Part shown: one piece after another, positions 24,386 to 37,734 of the stretch | How the letters are laid out: every line of letters begins with the position of its first letter | Position numbering within the stretch: the first letter of the stretch is position 1 | DNA from: Octopus vulgaris | Taxonomy: Eukaryota | Assembly (NCBI GenBank): GCA_951406725.2 | Contig: OX597823.1 | Span: 16,182,001-16,246,000, forward strand | Direction of reading: 5' to 3' | Length of the DNA stretch: 64,000 nt | Program-made: the position numbers and the translations under genes | The notes under the pieces: generated by a model | Told to the model about the DNA's origin: nothing | Databases searched by the model: none | Seen by the model: the letters and a program-made list of their open reading frames with translations, nothing else

Positions 24386-26228
24386 ATATGTTGCAGTTCC
24401 ATACTGCTACTATTTATATCTTACTCAGAGATTTAATATAGTGTGTGTGTGTATATATATATGCACATAAAAGCACACTACACTTTTAGAGTGGTTGGCA
24501 TTAGGAAGGGCATCCAGCTGTAGAAACTCTGCCAGATCAGATTGGAGCCTGGTGCAGGCCATCTGGTTCACCAGTCCTCAGTCAAATTGTCCAACTCATG
24601 TCAGCATGGAAAGCGGACGTTAAACGATGATGATGATGATGATAATGATATATATATATATAGTTAGCACCTGAATTAATCAAAGAAGGCACACCTGCAT
24701 GATCACACCATGCTAGGAATAGCAACCAAATTCCATCAAATTACACACTATATCAGCTGAAAATTCTCTCAAATCATATTGTACTGATGTCATCATCATC
24801 ATTTGATGTTTATCTTCCATGCTGACATTGGTTAGATGATTTGACCAGATCTGATGAGTTGAAGGACTGTATCATACACCTATGTCTTTTTTGACACGGT
24901 TTCTATAGCTGGGTACCCTTCATAATGCCAAACACTCTACAGTATACAGAGTGTTTTTCTTTGATTTTTTTTCTTACTTTCTTCATGGCATTATCACTAG
25001 TGAGGTTTCTGTGTAGCTCACAGTATTATGATCCCCATCAGTTGAATGAGGCTACAGTAGAGAGGGTTTGATAGATGGAACCAAAAGAGAGGTTTCTTGT
25101 TGTAGAGGAGATACATGGCTGTTCATATTATACAAGAGTGGGTGGCATTAATCACTGTGGAGATGGAAAGAGAAATAAAGATGATGATGATAAGGTGTTA
25201 GGTTGGGCCCTAGGGGAAGAACAGAAAAGAAGGATGGTTAGAGGGAGTAAGAATGGGGAATGGTAAGAAATGGTGTAAGGGTGCAAATATATTGAATGGT
25301 GAAGTGGGACAGAAGCAGGGCGGATGTTGATGATAAAATATGAGTTGGATGGAAGGTAGGAGAGAGTAGCTGATGCCTAGAGATTGGAAAGGGTATAGGA
25401 GTGAATGTAGTAAATGATGGAGGGGTAGTCAATGATACTGTGGGGATGAGATGAACCAGGAGAAAAGGGTCAGTGACTCAATGCTTGAGGGGCCCTACCA
25501 GAAAAGCAGGAGTGAAGGAGGCTACATGGGTAGAAGTAGAACCAGGGTGGACCTCTATGCTTCAGGGCAGTCGTGGCCGACAGACACATGTGGACATCGA
25601 GCTAGAGAGGGAATTTGCTGTTAGGTTCTGGTGATAGATTAGGTAGGTAAACTGATTTTTGGATGTAACCCAGCTGGATTAGTCAACACTGCAAGGAAAT
25701 CTGAGAGGTAGGTGAATTGCACTTTGTTCCTCATACAACAGATACATAAGATTTGGGGAGCAGGTGCTAATTTGACAGTATAAGAAGGTGAAGAGGAACT
25801 GGATTGACAGAAAGAGATAATGTGTAAATGGATAAAAGGCATATTGGACAATGTAGCTCTAAACATATAAAAAGTTAGGTTGGTCATATATGGAATGCTT
25901 TTGATCATAGACCTGCTCCATCAGAGCTGACCTACAATGACACCATTAGTTATTACAGTTTTCATTTCTTTTCTAAGGAAAGGCCCATTCATAAAATGTT
26001 GATCTCATATCTTCTTACATACCAATGTACATTATGCTAATCCAATTTTTTTTCTTTTCAATATTTTTGAGGCTACTTCATGGTTGAGTGATTAAAACTA
26101 GGAAAAAATGGGGAAAAAATATAAGGTTGTTGTAAAAGTACTTGAACTAATAATTCCTATTTAAATACAGGTCAACATTCTAAGATCCAACAATCTGTAA
26201 TCCAGTTCCACAGGTGGTTCCCAAATAA

Positions 26229-26608
26229 TCTTTATATATAAAAGTGAAGTTGTGTGTCTGTCTCCTACGATTTAGATTCCTAACTACTCCCACATTTTGC
26301 GGTGCAGTTTAACCAAAACCGGGTATCTTATAGTCGTGATTCATATCGAACCCTTCTGGGTATTAGCACGTGTCTACGATGAGTCTACGATTTAAAAAAA
26401 AAATTACCATCATTTTTTTCCATTTTAATGCATTTTTTCGCTATTATATAAAGGAAGTAACTCTCTAAAACGATGAGTCAACAATTTTTTTTAAAATTTA
26501 CCATAATTTTTTTTCCATTGTTTTGCTATTTTTTGGCTATAACTCTCTAAAAATGCTTATATAGTTATTTCCCTTACAAACCCGAGCAACGCCAGGCGAT
26601 ACTGCTAG
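26229..26608 (+). mobile_element. Non-autonomous Helitron (same family)
   Basis: a|TCtttatatataaaag ... cccgagcaacgccaggcgatactgCTAG|t. Confidence 0.85.
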
Positions 26609-26973
26609 TTTTACATGAGACAGAGAAACTTTGTGTGTGTGTGTGTGTGTGAATGAATGAGAGAAAGAGAGGCATAGAGAAACAAAGGAGTAAGAGAGTG
26701 AGACTGTACATTTATGTGTGTATATGTATGTGTTTGGGTATGTGTGTATATCTGAATGTATGTGCATGTGTGAGTGTGTGTGTGTCTGTGTATGCATGTG
26801 AGTGTGTGTGTGTGGGAGTGTGGTTGTGTTTAGAAGTATAAGGCTGTATGTAGGAAGTGAATATAGTCATCTTGTCTAAACTATAGCAAATTTCACTTCT
26901 CATTTGTCACTCATCTTTTGTTGCCTTTATTATCCAATTGGTTCAGTTAACAGTGTGCTGTAAAGTTCTTTAA

Positions 26974-27192
26974 TCTTTTAGCATTTCAACCAGTCACTAG
27001 GCCCAAATATTCTACTTGCTTTATGTTTACACTAGCTAGGTCCAGCCCCCTCACAATTATCCTACAAAGTCGTTCTAAAAATAAGAAATTACATAGTTGA
27101 AACCTCAAAGTTATAAGCTAATATATAATTATTTTAAAACAATGTGTATAAATAGGCATTACATTTGACGGAGTAATCTGAGCACTAAAGGG
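26974..27192. mobile_element. piggyBac-type MITE
   Basis: TTAA flanks, ends ...ctaaaggg|TTAA; homologous to 63694-63913. Confidence 0.7.
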
Positions 27193-28349
27193 TTAAAGAA
27201 CTCTAAGCATTTATAGTACTTCAGTTTCAGCCACTGAGATGATCACTCGTTAAATTACAAGTATTCATTTATTTATGTGAATCCTAACCTAATCTAATCC
27301 TCTATGCACCTGTAATTTACTGGACAATGTGAACATAATTATCTTTAATTAAGAAATAAACTTCCTAGTTTGAGTCCATCCAGTTTAGTATGATAGAGGG
27401 TTTTAGGTTTTCTTTTTCTGTTATTTTTTTACTAAGAAGAATAAATGCTGTATCCATGAACATTTTCAGGGCTCCAATATTAGCGTGGGGGTTGGGTAGG
27501 AAGTTATCAATAGACTAGAGAGCTGACTTGGATATTCATAGCAGAGTGAACCCTGCTAAACACATTTAAGGGTCAGCTGGTGATGATAAAATGGATGGAG
27601 TGGGGGTTTCAGACTAAGTCACCACCCCAACACAAGAATGGTCCCTTAGACAGGCTTCCTCGTGGTTTCCACTGACTTTCAGTTACAAAGTATTTTGGTT
27701 GACCTGAGGTTACAGTAGAAGACATTTGCCCAAAGTATGCTGCAGTGGGGTTGAACCAAAAATCATATCTTTGCAAAGAGAACTTCTAAACCATACAGTC
27801 ATGCTAGTATATTAGAAAATGATTGCTGTAGAAATAAAACTCCCTAGTTTGAACTCAGTCTGTTACAATGTACATATTCCATAAACAAGAACCTAATGAA
27901 TCAGAGACAAAACTGGTTAAAATGTGGTGTTGATATAAAAATTGTATGTAGCTACGTAGATAAGACGCTCATTTTGCAACCACATGGTTTTTGGTTCAGA
28001 CACAGCGCATGCTACATTGGGTAAGGGTCATTTACCATAACCTCAGACAAACCGATGCTTTGTGAGTAAATTTGGTAAATGGAAACTGTGTGGAAGTCCA
28101 TTGTATGTGTGTGTGGGGGGGGGGGTGCTTGTCCCCTTCCCCTAACTGCTTGATGATCAATGTTGGTTTGTTTACATCTCTATAACTTAGAAGTTTGGTA
28201 AAAAAAACCAACAGAAATAGTACTAGACTTTAAAAATTTGATAAGGTCAATATGTTTGACTAAAATCCTTCAAGGCATTACCCCAGTATGGTTGCAGTCC
28301 AATGGCTGAAACAAGTAAAAGATAAAAGATATACTACAAAGATAATCAT

Positions 28350-29060
28350 TATCATCATCGTCATAGTTGTCATCATCGTAGTTTAACGTCCCCTTACCAT
28401 GCTGGCATGGGTTGGACGGTTTGACTGAGGGCTGGCAATTCAGAAGGCTGCACCAGGCTCCAATCTGATCTGGCAGTGTTTCTACAGCTGGATGCTTTTC
28501 CTAACGCCAACCACTCCAAGAGTGTAGTGGGTGCTTTTTACATGCCATCAGCACGGGTTCAGTCAGGCAGCACTGGCATCGACCACGCTCGAATGCTTTT
28601 TATGTGCCACTGGCATGGGTGCCAATCAGGCGGTACTGACATCAGCCACAACAATGATTGAAGGGTACTCTTAGATGGGCCAGTTATGCTGCACTGGCAT
28701 AGGCTATGGTTACATTCTCACTTGGCTTGCCGAGTCTTCTCAAGCACATCATATCTCCAAAGATCTCGGTCGCTTCTCATCGCCTCCGTAAGGCCCAACG
28801 TTTGAAGGTTGTGCTTCACCACCTCATCCCAGGTCTTCCTCTTTGATAAGTTCCCTCTACTGCTAGGTTGTGACACTTTTTCACACAGCTGTCCTCATCC
28901 ATATGCAACACATGATCATACCAGCACAGTCATCTCTCTTGCACACCACATCTGATACTTCTAAAGTCCAACTTTTCTCTCAGGGCGCTTACACTCTGTC
29001 ATGTATGCACACTGGCATTACACATCCAGCGGAGCATACTAGCTTCATTCTTTGCAAGCT
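28350..29060 (-). mobile_element. RTE LINE 3' end continuing into family C sequence
   Basis: Minus translation EASMLRWMCN...LREKL...WYDHVLHMDEDSCVKKC...KTWDEVVK...DRDLWR, then family C modules and (GAT)n tail. Confidence 0.8.
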
Positions 29061-29346
29061 TAAGATGGTGGTGATAATACAGAACATTATAATTCTATTG
29101 CATGGTCATCACTTATGAACAAGTATGACTTAGTAACAAGTACCTTGCTTTCCTTGACTGTTTAGATGCCTATAAGATCCCTCAGAGGAGGCCTTGTAAA
29201 CCTATAAGATACTTGTGGCAAGTATCATTAGCTTATAAGGTGCTTGTGACAAGCATCATAAGCTTGTATGATACTTATGCCTGTAAGCTTATATTGTGGA
29301 AGACATCATAAGATGCATATAACAAACATTGATATATCATAAGATA

Positions 29347-29767
29347 TGTAACAGGATCTGGAATCGGTATCACTGAAGGGGTGTTCGATCCGATCCTGTC
29401 ACATTCAATTTAGTTAGATATAACTGACGAAGTCAGGTTATCGGTGAAAGACAGCAGTTTGTTTATTATTCGTGATGGTGTACATATTTCTGAAGGGAAA
29501 ACGACAGCCGAATCTGTTGTACAGCTTCTTGTTGGTTGGTTGAAGGGATTCGATGTCGTCCGCGGCTAAGTCGGTATAGTTATCAGAGACTACCAAATGC
29601 ACGTCTGTTTTCACGAGGGCTGAAATGGCCAGAGAGAGTAATCGAGTTTACTGGGCCTTAGGGGGTCAGTTTCCCGCACATGCGCATGGGGAAGACTTCC
29701 GGTGGCCACCTGGAAGTAGTCCCATTCTGCGCATGCGCGCTGAACCTTACACAGTAGCATCACTACA
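29347..29767 (-). mobile_element. Solo LTR (Gypsy-like), 421 bp
   Basis: TGTA...TACA termini, perfect 4-bp TSD gata at 29343-29346 and 29768-29771; AATAAA on minus near 29462. Confidence 0.8.
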
Positions 29768-30200
29768 GATATATCAATAAGTCAAATATTGATACATTAT
29801 CAGATATATCAATAAGTCTGCTATAAATATGATGCTTGTCATAGGTATTTTATGAGTTTATGACACTCACCACAAAGTATCTTACAGGTATGCAATGATG
29901 CTAATAGTAAATAAAAGACATTTTAAAATGACTTGAAAATACTGTTTCACTCCTAAGTTAAAGCCATTTTACTCAATTTACACAAGTACTGTGGTTAGGA
30001 AAATCATAAACACTTGACTTCCTATTTGCTCTCCTTTAATATTGATATATATCAATCAATCAGTTCCTCTGTTTCTATCTTATGATCTGTCTGTCTATCT
30101 AACTAATTATTTACCTACCTACCTACCTACCTACCTACCTACATACATACATACATGCATACATACATGATTACCTACCTACCTACTCATCTATCAATCA

Positions 30201-30267
<67 letters not shown>

Positions 30268-30318
30268 AATCCATCTATCTATCTCTCTATCTATCCATCC
30301 ATCCATCCATCCATCTGC

Positions 30319-30908
30319 CTCCTTGCTTCAAACGAGAAGGAAGAGCTATTTTCATCATCCTTGTGGCTATGGCGAAAGAATGTATCTGGTGGACGTGTCT
30401 GAAAGGATTAGAGACAAACACTTTCCTCTCTGGTCAATCTCTCATCAACTTCTTCAAGTATCACTTGAAAAGGAAAGTGAAAGTAGAGAGGCAAGTTTTG
30501 TCTAGTGAATGTTTCAAAAAAAGATAGGTGAATGTAGCAAGGATGGCACACATGAATGACGAAGCCACCTTGAGCATAATCCTATGAACCCGGAAAATTT
30601 AAAACAGAAGGTTACCTACTTGCAAACAAATGGGGTAACATGTAACATTATTGACCGAGGTTACCATGGTCTTTTCCGTAGGCTTTTCTTTCCACGGATA
30701 AACCTTATCTGCTTCCCCCTTTACACTTTACATCATGACACTATGATACACGATCCTTATTGATAGATTTTTTTTTTTTTTTCTTTTTCTTTTCCCTTTT
30801 TTTTTCTTCTTTCCCTTTTACGATCCCTTTTGATCGAAAACCTACCCCACTTTTTTTTTCTTTCCCCAAAAAAGAAAAGCTCTACTTTGTAGGCTAATAA
30901 AGAAACAT
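30319..30908 (+). mobile_element. L1/Tx1-clade LINE 3' end
   Basis: PCFKREGRAIFIILVAMAKECIWWT...FFKYHLKRKVKVER...FKKR* (ORF2 C-terminus), T-rich 3' UTR, ends ctaataaagaaaca; sits between TCTA/TCCA and TCTG repeats. Confidence 0.7.
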
Positions 30909-31184
30909 ATCTATTTCTCTATCTGTCTGTCTGTCTGTCTCTCTGTCTGTCTGTCTAACTAACTAATCCATGTCAACATGGGAAAAAGACAGTTGTAGAT
31001 TATGGTGATGATGATGAGGATAAGTGTGAAGGTGGTGGTGGTGGTCGTGATCATGGTGAAGGTCGTCATCGTAGTCGTCATGGTGGCAGTAGTGGTGGTC
31101 GTGGTTGCGGTGGTGGCAGTCGCCGTCATTGTCACTTTGGTGGTCGTGGGGATGGTGAGAGAAGGACTAAGAATGAATGGGAGG

Positions 31185-31293
<109 letters not shown>

Positions 31294-31914
31294 GAAATTC
31301 AGAGCTTTGTGACTTGTCAGCATATCAATCAGTGAATTAGTAGTAGTTGAATCAGAGATTCCATCGAATTAAAGTGACTTATGCTGGTTATTTATCAAAG
31401 CTAATTCACATGCTTTCACTAAAGTCTGCAAGGTAAAGAGGAAATCTATTATCTTCAGTCAGTAATGGTCTAATTTGTTGTTGATACCTAGTCATTTTAG
31501 TATAGTGCTGCTACTGGTCTGCTGCTGCTGGTGCTGCTAGTGCTGCTGTTGGAGGAACTTAGAAACACATGCACACATGAAACACACACACACACACACA
31601 CATATATATCCAAACACACACACACACATATATCCAAACACACACAAATGCATGTGCAAGCACGAAACACATACACACATATATATATCCAAACACGCAC
31701 ACACATATATCCAAACACACACATAGGCACACACAAATGCATGTGGAACCACACACACAGACACAAAGAAAAATAAGGAAACTTTAAAAAGAATAGTAGA
31801 TAATAAAGTTTTGGTGCAGGATATGAAGATCAGAATTACCGGCTTCCTGGCAGTAGCGTTATTTTACTTGTCAAAATATATAAGAATTTGGAAAGTGTGA
31901 AGACAACTTCCCAT

Positions 31915-32335
31915 TTACTCTTTTACACTTTTACTTGTTTCAGTCATTTGACTGTGGCCATGCTGGAGCACCGCCTTTAGTCGAGCAACTCGACCCCGGA
32001 ACTTATTCTTTTGTAAGCCCAGTACTTATTCTATCGGTCTCTTTTGCCGAACTGCTAAGTTACAGGGACATAAACACACCAGCATCGGTTGTCAAGCAAT
32101 GCTAGAGGGGACAAACACAGACACACAAACACACACGCGCATATATATATATATATATATATACATATATACGACGGGCCTCTTTCAGTTTCCGTCTACC
32201 AAATCCACTCACAAGGCTTTGGTCGGCCTGAGGCTACAGTAGAAGACACTTACCCTAGGTGCCACGTGGTGGGACTGAAACCGGAACCATGTGGTTTGTA
32301 AGCAAGCTACTTACCACACAGCCACTACTACGCCC
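31915..32335 (-). mobile_element. SINE family A
   Basis: Full-length homology to 18135-18533. Confidence 0.88.
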
Positions 32336-32862
32336 TTGTGAGCAGCAAAAATGAATTTGTAACAGTATTGTGTAAAGAAGGTTTTACAGCAAGGAATATT
32401 TATTGATTGATAAATTTTTGGTGTATTTCCAGCAATTTTCATTAGTATCAGTTATTACTGCTCTTGTTTATAACAGCTCAAAGTAACCATGATCCAAGAA
32501 ATCTATGATCAAAGACATTCCAGGTGTGACCATCCAATCATGAGCATCAATTATTTAAAAACAAAATTTTATAGAGATAGCATTTCAAAGATTACATTAT
32601 CCAAAGTGTTTTTCCTTTTTTTAAGATAGAAGAGTGTGATTTGGGTCAGATGGAATTTGTTGGGACAGATTTTCTACAGCCAGATGTCCCTCCTGTTGCT
32701 AAACCCTCACCTGTTTCCAAGCATGGTAATATTTCTCCATGGCTAGATATATTTCCATGGAAGTTTGGAAACGAAGGATACTGCTTATATCATGGTGGTG
32801 CTTGTTTTGCAACTATTGCATGATGTCAAGACAAAAAGAAATACACACACATGTACATGCAT

Positions 32863-33063
32863 ATGACCACGTGTGTACCATTGGCGATTTTTTTTTCCTC
32901 CGTCTTCCCTTCTTTGGCTCTTTCCTTTTCCTATGTTTCTGACAAAGAGCTCCGCTCGAAACGTTAAACCCTCCTTCTTTCCTGAGCGTCCAATAATACT
33001 ATACTTGTTCCACGTCCTCATGTTGTTGTGTTTTCTCTTTGTGTTTTCATGTTTGGATTAACT
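32863..33063 (+). mobile_element. PLE-like family H1 with hammerhead motif
   Basis: 32935-32969 reads gttt-CTGACAA-A-GAGC-tcc-GCTC-GAAAC-GTT-aaac; ends in (TA)n. Confidence 0.65.
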
Positions 33064-33074
33064 ATATATATATA

Positions 33075-33413
33075 TGTTGAGACTCCCTTCGGTCATGAAT
33101 GACCATGGGATTGCACCTAGAGAGTTACCCTCCCAGGTACAAGTCAGTGCAAGGTTGTTTATGGAAGACCAGCAGTCGCCCATGTATACTGGCCTCCCCT
33201 CTCCACGCCACCAGTCTTATATCCAAGGGAAAGGCAAAGGCCGATACAGCTTGGCACCTGTCACTTCGCAACTCATTTCTACAGCTGAGTGAACTGGAGC
33301 AACGTGAAATAAAGTGTCTTGCTCAAGAACACAACATGCAGCCCGGTCCAGGATTCGAGCTCACAACCTCACGATTGCAAGCTCGACACTCTAACCACTG
33401 AGCCATGTGCCTT
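33075..33413 (-). mobile_element. tRNA-derived SINE (D-related head, different tail)
   Basis: Minus head GGCACATGGCTCAGTGGTTAGAG...GAGCTCGAATCC (A/B boxes). Confidence 0.7.
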
Positions 33414-33469
33414 CACACACACACACACACACACACATATAACATTCGCCATGCTGGACCACTGAAATC

Positions 33470-33632
33470 TACAAGTTTTTGCATTCTCTATTTATTTTCT
33501 CTTATTCCTTTATGTTGAAGAGCATAGGCTTGAAACATAAAAGACATTTTCATTTTTCCCATGCATCAAACTAATACACTTGCTTGTTGTTCATACACCT
33601 GTCTTCGTCTTTTGTTTTTCTATAAATTTCAA

Positions 33633-33635
<3 letters not shown>
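33470..33635 (+). mobile_element. PLE-like family H2 with degenerate hammerhead
   Basis: cttt-ATGTTGA-A-GAGC-atag-GCTT-GAAAC-ATA-aaag; homologous to 43610-43785. Confidence 0.5.
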
Positions 33636-33675
<40 letters not shown>

Positions 33676-33879
33676 CAAAAGGTTTCGTTCAATTTCCATC
33701 TATCAAATCCACTTATTACAATGCTTTGGTTGGTTGGAGCTATAGGAGAAGACATATAGTAGTCCAAGGTACCATGCAGTGGGACAGAACTTGGAACCAT
33801 ATGGCTGGAGAGCAAACTTTTTAAACACACAGCCATGCCTTATACCCCAACACATGACTACATGTTGTTGTTGTTAGAA

Positions 33880-34085
33880 GATAGGGAGGAGGATGGGGGA
33901 GGGGAGGAAGGAGGGGATAGGGAGGAGGAGGCAGTGGATGGAGGAGAAGGAGGGAGGAGGAGGAGGAGGAAGGAGGAGGAGGGAGGGAGGAGGAGGAGTT
34001 GAGGAGGAGGAAGAGGAGTGGAGGAGGAGGAAGAGGAGTAGAGGAGGCGTATCAAGGGAGAATAGGAAAGAGGGGAGGAGGAGCA
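33880..34085 (+). repeat. (GGA)n polypurine tract
   Basis: About 200 nt made almost only of G and A. Confidence 0.9.
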
Positions 34086-34630
34086 CTTCTTTCCTGGGAC
34101 ATTATTAATACATATTTTATTGATCATGCCCAAGACAGATAAAAAGCAAGGTCAACTCAGAATATAAGCATAACATAAATATTATTGTAAAGTATTTAGT
34201 CTTGTTTTCTGCTGCTTCTGTCACTCCACTGGCTAGGTAGATGCTCCACCAATTATTCATCGTCCTTCAATGTGGTTGAACAACCAATTCCAACTTCTTC
34301 ATCTTTTCGATCATTGAATACGAAACATGGCTCACAGGTACTCTATTCAGGTGATTTTTGCCATCTCACCCTTGTATGCCAGTTCATCACAAGGTTATCC
34401 ATTCACATCTGAGTGGACAAATGCAATGCAAAACAAAGTGTTTTGCTCAAGAACACAATGCGCAGCCAGTCTTGGAATCAAAACCATAATCTCTCAATCT
34501 TGAGTGCAACACTCTACCACTAAGCTTTGTGATGGTGTGTGGCCTCGGATCATCCCATTCCACCAACTATTATGCTTTTGATCAACTAACCAAGCTACAG
34601 TACTATCTGTAGCATCATCCATATCATTCT

Positions 34631-34863
34631 TCTTTCTTTATTAACCCACAAGGGGCTAAATATAGAGGGGACAAACAAGGACAGACAAAGGGATTAAGTT
34701 GATTACATCGACCCCAGTGTGTAACTGGTACTTAATTTATCGACCCCAAAAGGATGAAAGGCAAAGTTGACCTCAGCGGAATTTGAACTCAGAACGTAAA
34801 GACAGACGAAATACCGCTAAGCATTTCGCCCGGCGTGCTAACGTTTCTGCCAGCTCGCCACCT
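34631..34863 (-). mobile_element. SINE family B with TSD
   Basis: TSD ccatatcattct at 34619-34630 and 34869-34880. Confidence 0.88.
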
Positions 34864-35094
34864 TTCAACCATATCATTCTACCAATCACAACAATTTTGA
34901 CAGTAAGAAGTGGTTTGAGGGAGATTTGCCTGATAATTTTATCAGAGCAAGTCAATCTTGTTGATTTATTCATATTAGTCTTAGGAGGGGCAAAGGGATA
35001 CCTTCTTAGGCTAGTGAGGGAAGTTGTATGGCAGACTTGGTTGAAATGTTTGAGGAGAACTTCCCTTCTTAGACCAAGACTTCACAAACAACTT

Positions 35095-35285
35095 GCTTTT
35101 CTAAAGACAGGTGATGATTCAATTTTCACAACAGACATGACTGATGGCCTAATCCATCCCACATGTGATAACAGATGTTTCACATAATTGCACAAATCGT
35201 CAATGTTCAGACACTAAATGGGTACATGACAAGTGTCTTCATAACTTCATGCACACTTTGGACAGTTTCTTTTTGCTGGCAGCTC
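35095..35285 (-). mobile_element. Tx1/L1 ORF2 zinc-finger (zf-RVT) fragment
   Basis: CPKCA*SYEDTCHVPI*CLNIDDLCNYVKHLLSHVG...SPVFRK; its end overlaps in content with the PCFKRE start of 30319. Confidence 0.5.
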
Positions 35286-35635
35286 CAGCATGGCCATATC
35301 TTTATAATATTTTTTTAACCGGTAATGTACCCTTGTAGCACTTTGAAGACAAGGACTGAAAGTTCTACAGACTTTCAAAAAGTTGATTTACAGAATCAAA
35401 AGAGTATCAGACACAATACTTTGTGATATTTAGTTACAGCCCTGTATATCATGAGTTCAAATCCTCCAGAAGAAGGCTTTGCTTTTTATCTTTTCAGAGC
35501 TGACAAAATAAGTACCAGTGGAATATTAGGGTCAATAAACAGAGCTCTACCCCTTCTCCAAAATTTCTGGACTTGTGTCTGTATAAGAAATCATTTTTTT
35601 GGGGTTTTTTTTTGTGTTGCAACCATGTGTTTCAC

Positions 35636-35796
35636 AGAACTTATTCTTTGTAAGCCTAGTACTTATTCTATCAGTCTCTTATGCCGAACCGTTAGGTTAC
35701 AGGGATGTAAACACACCAGCATTGGTTGTCAAGCAATTTTGGTGGGACAAACACAGACACACAAACATATACAGAGACATACATACATATATATAT

Positions 35797-35870
<74 letters not shown>

Positions 35871-36030
35871 GACGGGCTTCTTTCAGTTACTGTATACCAA
35901 ATCCACTCACAAGGCTTTGGTCGGCCCGAGGCTAGAGTAGAAGACATGCGTCCAAGGTGCTACGCTGTGGGACTGAACCTGGAACCATGTGGTTGGTAAG
36001 CAAGCTACTTACCACACAGCCATACCTAGC
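35636..36030 (-). mobile_element. SINE family A (3'-truncated)
   Basis: Homology to the other family A copies. Confidence 0.85.
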
Positions 36031-36039
36031 CTATATAAC

Positions 36040-37020
36040 AAAGAATTTAGTAAAATAACTTCAAGATTCTGATCAGTGTATGATCAAACAACTGTTATAT
36101 GGTCAGATAAAAGAGACAAAATGGCCTCAATGCTAACCAAAACTGTGTTTCAAAGATTTAAAAAGTACCTCAGTAAAGAACTTTGAAATGGTATGGAAGC
36201 ACTCCGTCGGTTACGACGACGAGGGTTCCGGTTGATCCGATCAATGGAACAGCCTGCTCATGAAATTAATGTGTAAGTGGCTGAGCATTCCACAGACACG
36301 TGTACCCTTAACGTAGTTCTCAGGGATATTCAGCGTGACACAGAGAGTGACAAGGCCGGCCCTTTGAAATACAGGTACAGGAAGTAAGAGTGAGAGAAAG
36401 TTGTGGTGAAAGAGTACAGCAGGGATCACCACCATCCCTGCCGGAGCCTCGTGGAGCTTTAGGTGTTTTCGCTCAATAAACACTCACAACGCCCAGTCTG
36501 GGAATCGAAACCGCGATCCTACGACTGCGAGTCCGCTGCCGTAACCACTGGGCCATTGCGCCTCCACGTTGAAATGGTATATGTAAACTGGGAGGGTGAT
36601 GCAATGAATCGGCTGGAATGGAGGAGTAAAATACAAGAAGGTGCTGCTTTGTTTGAAGATAACAAGTGGAAACATAAAGTGATAAAAAGAGAGGCAAGAA
36701 AGAGTTTCCTTGTGGCCACAGTTGCTTCTCTTCTTACTTGTGATACCTGCAACTGTATTTGTCTCTACTAAGCTGGACTAGTTAGTCATAAGCAGAAGCA
36801 CTTATTTAGGTCCCCTACTGACTATTCACAGTTACAATCCATTGAATTATATTGCTCTGTTTGTAATAGGATCGGCAGAAGTAAATCTGGGTTGACTTGG
36901 CCCATGAAATGTCACAATATCAATTTGCAACAGTCTTCACAGCTAAATCAAGCATTTTCATGTGATCTGTGTGGAAAAATTTGTACATCTCTTGCTGAAC
37001 TAGAGTCATTTCCAGCCATA
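36040..37020 (+). mobile_element. RTE (BovB-like) LINE 3' end with C2H2 zinc-finger remnants, split by a SINE
   Basis: MIKQLLYGQIKE...PKLCFKD, WEGDAMNRLEWRSKIQEG, then CDTCNCIC..GLVSHKQKH, CSVCNRIGRSKSGL, CDLCGKIC. Confidence 0.75.
36195..36568 (-). mobile_element. SINE family D, full length with TSD
   Basis: tRNA-like head TGGCCCAGTGG / GGTTTCGATTCC; 12-bp TSD ttgaaatggtat at 36183-36194 and 36569-36580. Confidence 0.9.
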
Positions 37021-37154
37021 TAACATACAGACTATTTCTAACTGTCTTGTATTAATTTTCGAAGCTTTAAAATTTTACCAATGATCCTGAATCAAATTCC
37101 TATATAACTGTTGCTTATTTATTAATTTTTATAGGTAAATATTTATTTATTTTT

Positions 37155-37731
37155 ACTTACTCTTTTACTTGTTTCAGTCATTTAACTGTGGCCATGCTGG
37201 AGCACCGCATTTAGTAGAGTAAATCAACCCCAGGACTTATTCTTTGTAAGCCTAGTACTTATTCTATCAGACTCTTTGCCGAACCGCTAAGTTACAGGGA
37301 TGTAAAACCACTAGCATCGGTTGTCAAGCGATGTTGCAGGGGAACAAACACAGACACACAAACACATACACACACATACATATATATATATATCATCATC
37401 ATCATCATCATCATTTAGCATCTGTTTTCCATGCTAGCAAGGGTTGGACGGTTCAACTGGGGTCTGTGAAGCTGGAAGGCTTCATCAGGCCCAGTCAGAT
37501 CTGGCAGTGTTTCTACAGCTGGATGCCCTTCCTAACGCCAACCACTCCGTGAGTGTAGTGGGTGCTTTTTACGTGCCACCCGCACATATATACGATGGGC
37601 TTCTTTCAGTTTCCGTCTACCAAATCCACTCAAAAGGCTTTGGTCGGCCCGAGGCTATAGTAGAAGACACTTGCCCAAGGTGCCACGCAGTGGGACTGAA
37701 CGCGGAACCATGTGGTTGGTAAGCAAGCTAC
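37155..37731 (-). mobile_element. SINE A with a family C element nested in its (TA)n (37393-37583)
   Basis: Family A halves flank a (CAT)n-tailed family C unit. Confidence 0.85.
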
Positions 37732-37734
37732 TTT

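Noticed and set aside
26024-26097. Minus-strand exon with good splice signals
   Set aside because: Stops in all three frames; at most non-coding and unsupported.
29424-29455. CTGACGA...GAAA hammerhead-like string inside the LTR
   Set aside because: The intervening sequence cannot form stem II.
31369-31425. Minus-strand exon after strong acceptor tttcctctttaccttgcag (TLVKACELALINNQHKSL*)
   Set aside because: No convincing donor and an early stop; cannot be tied to a gene.
36490-36568. tRNA gene on the minus strand
   Set aside because: It is the head of a TSD-flanked SINE, not a standalone tRNA.
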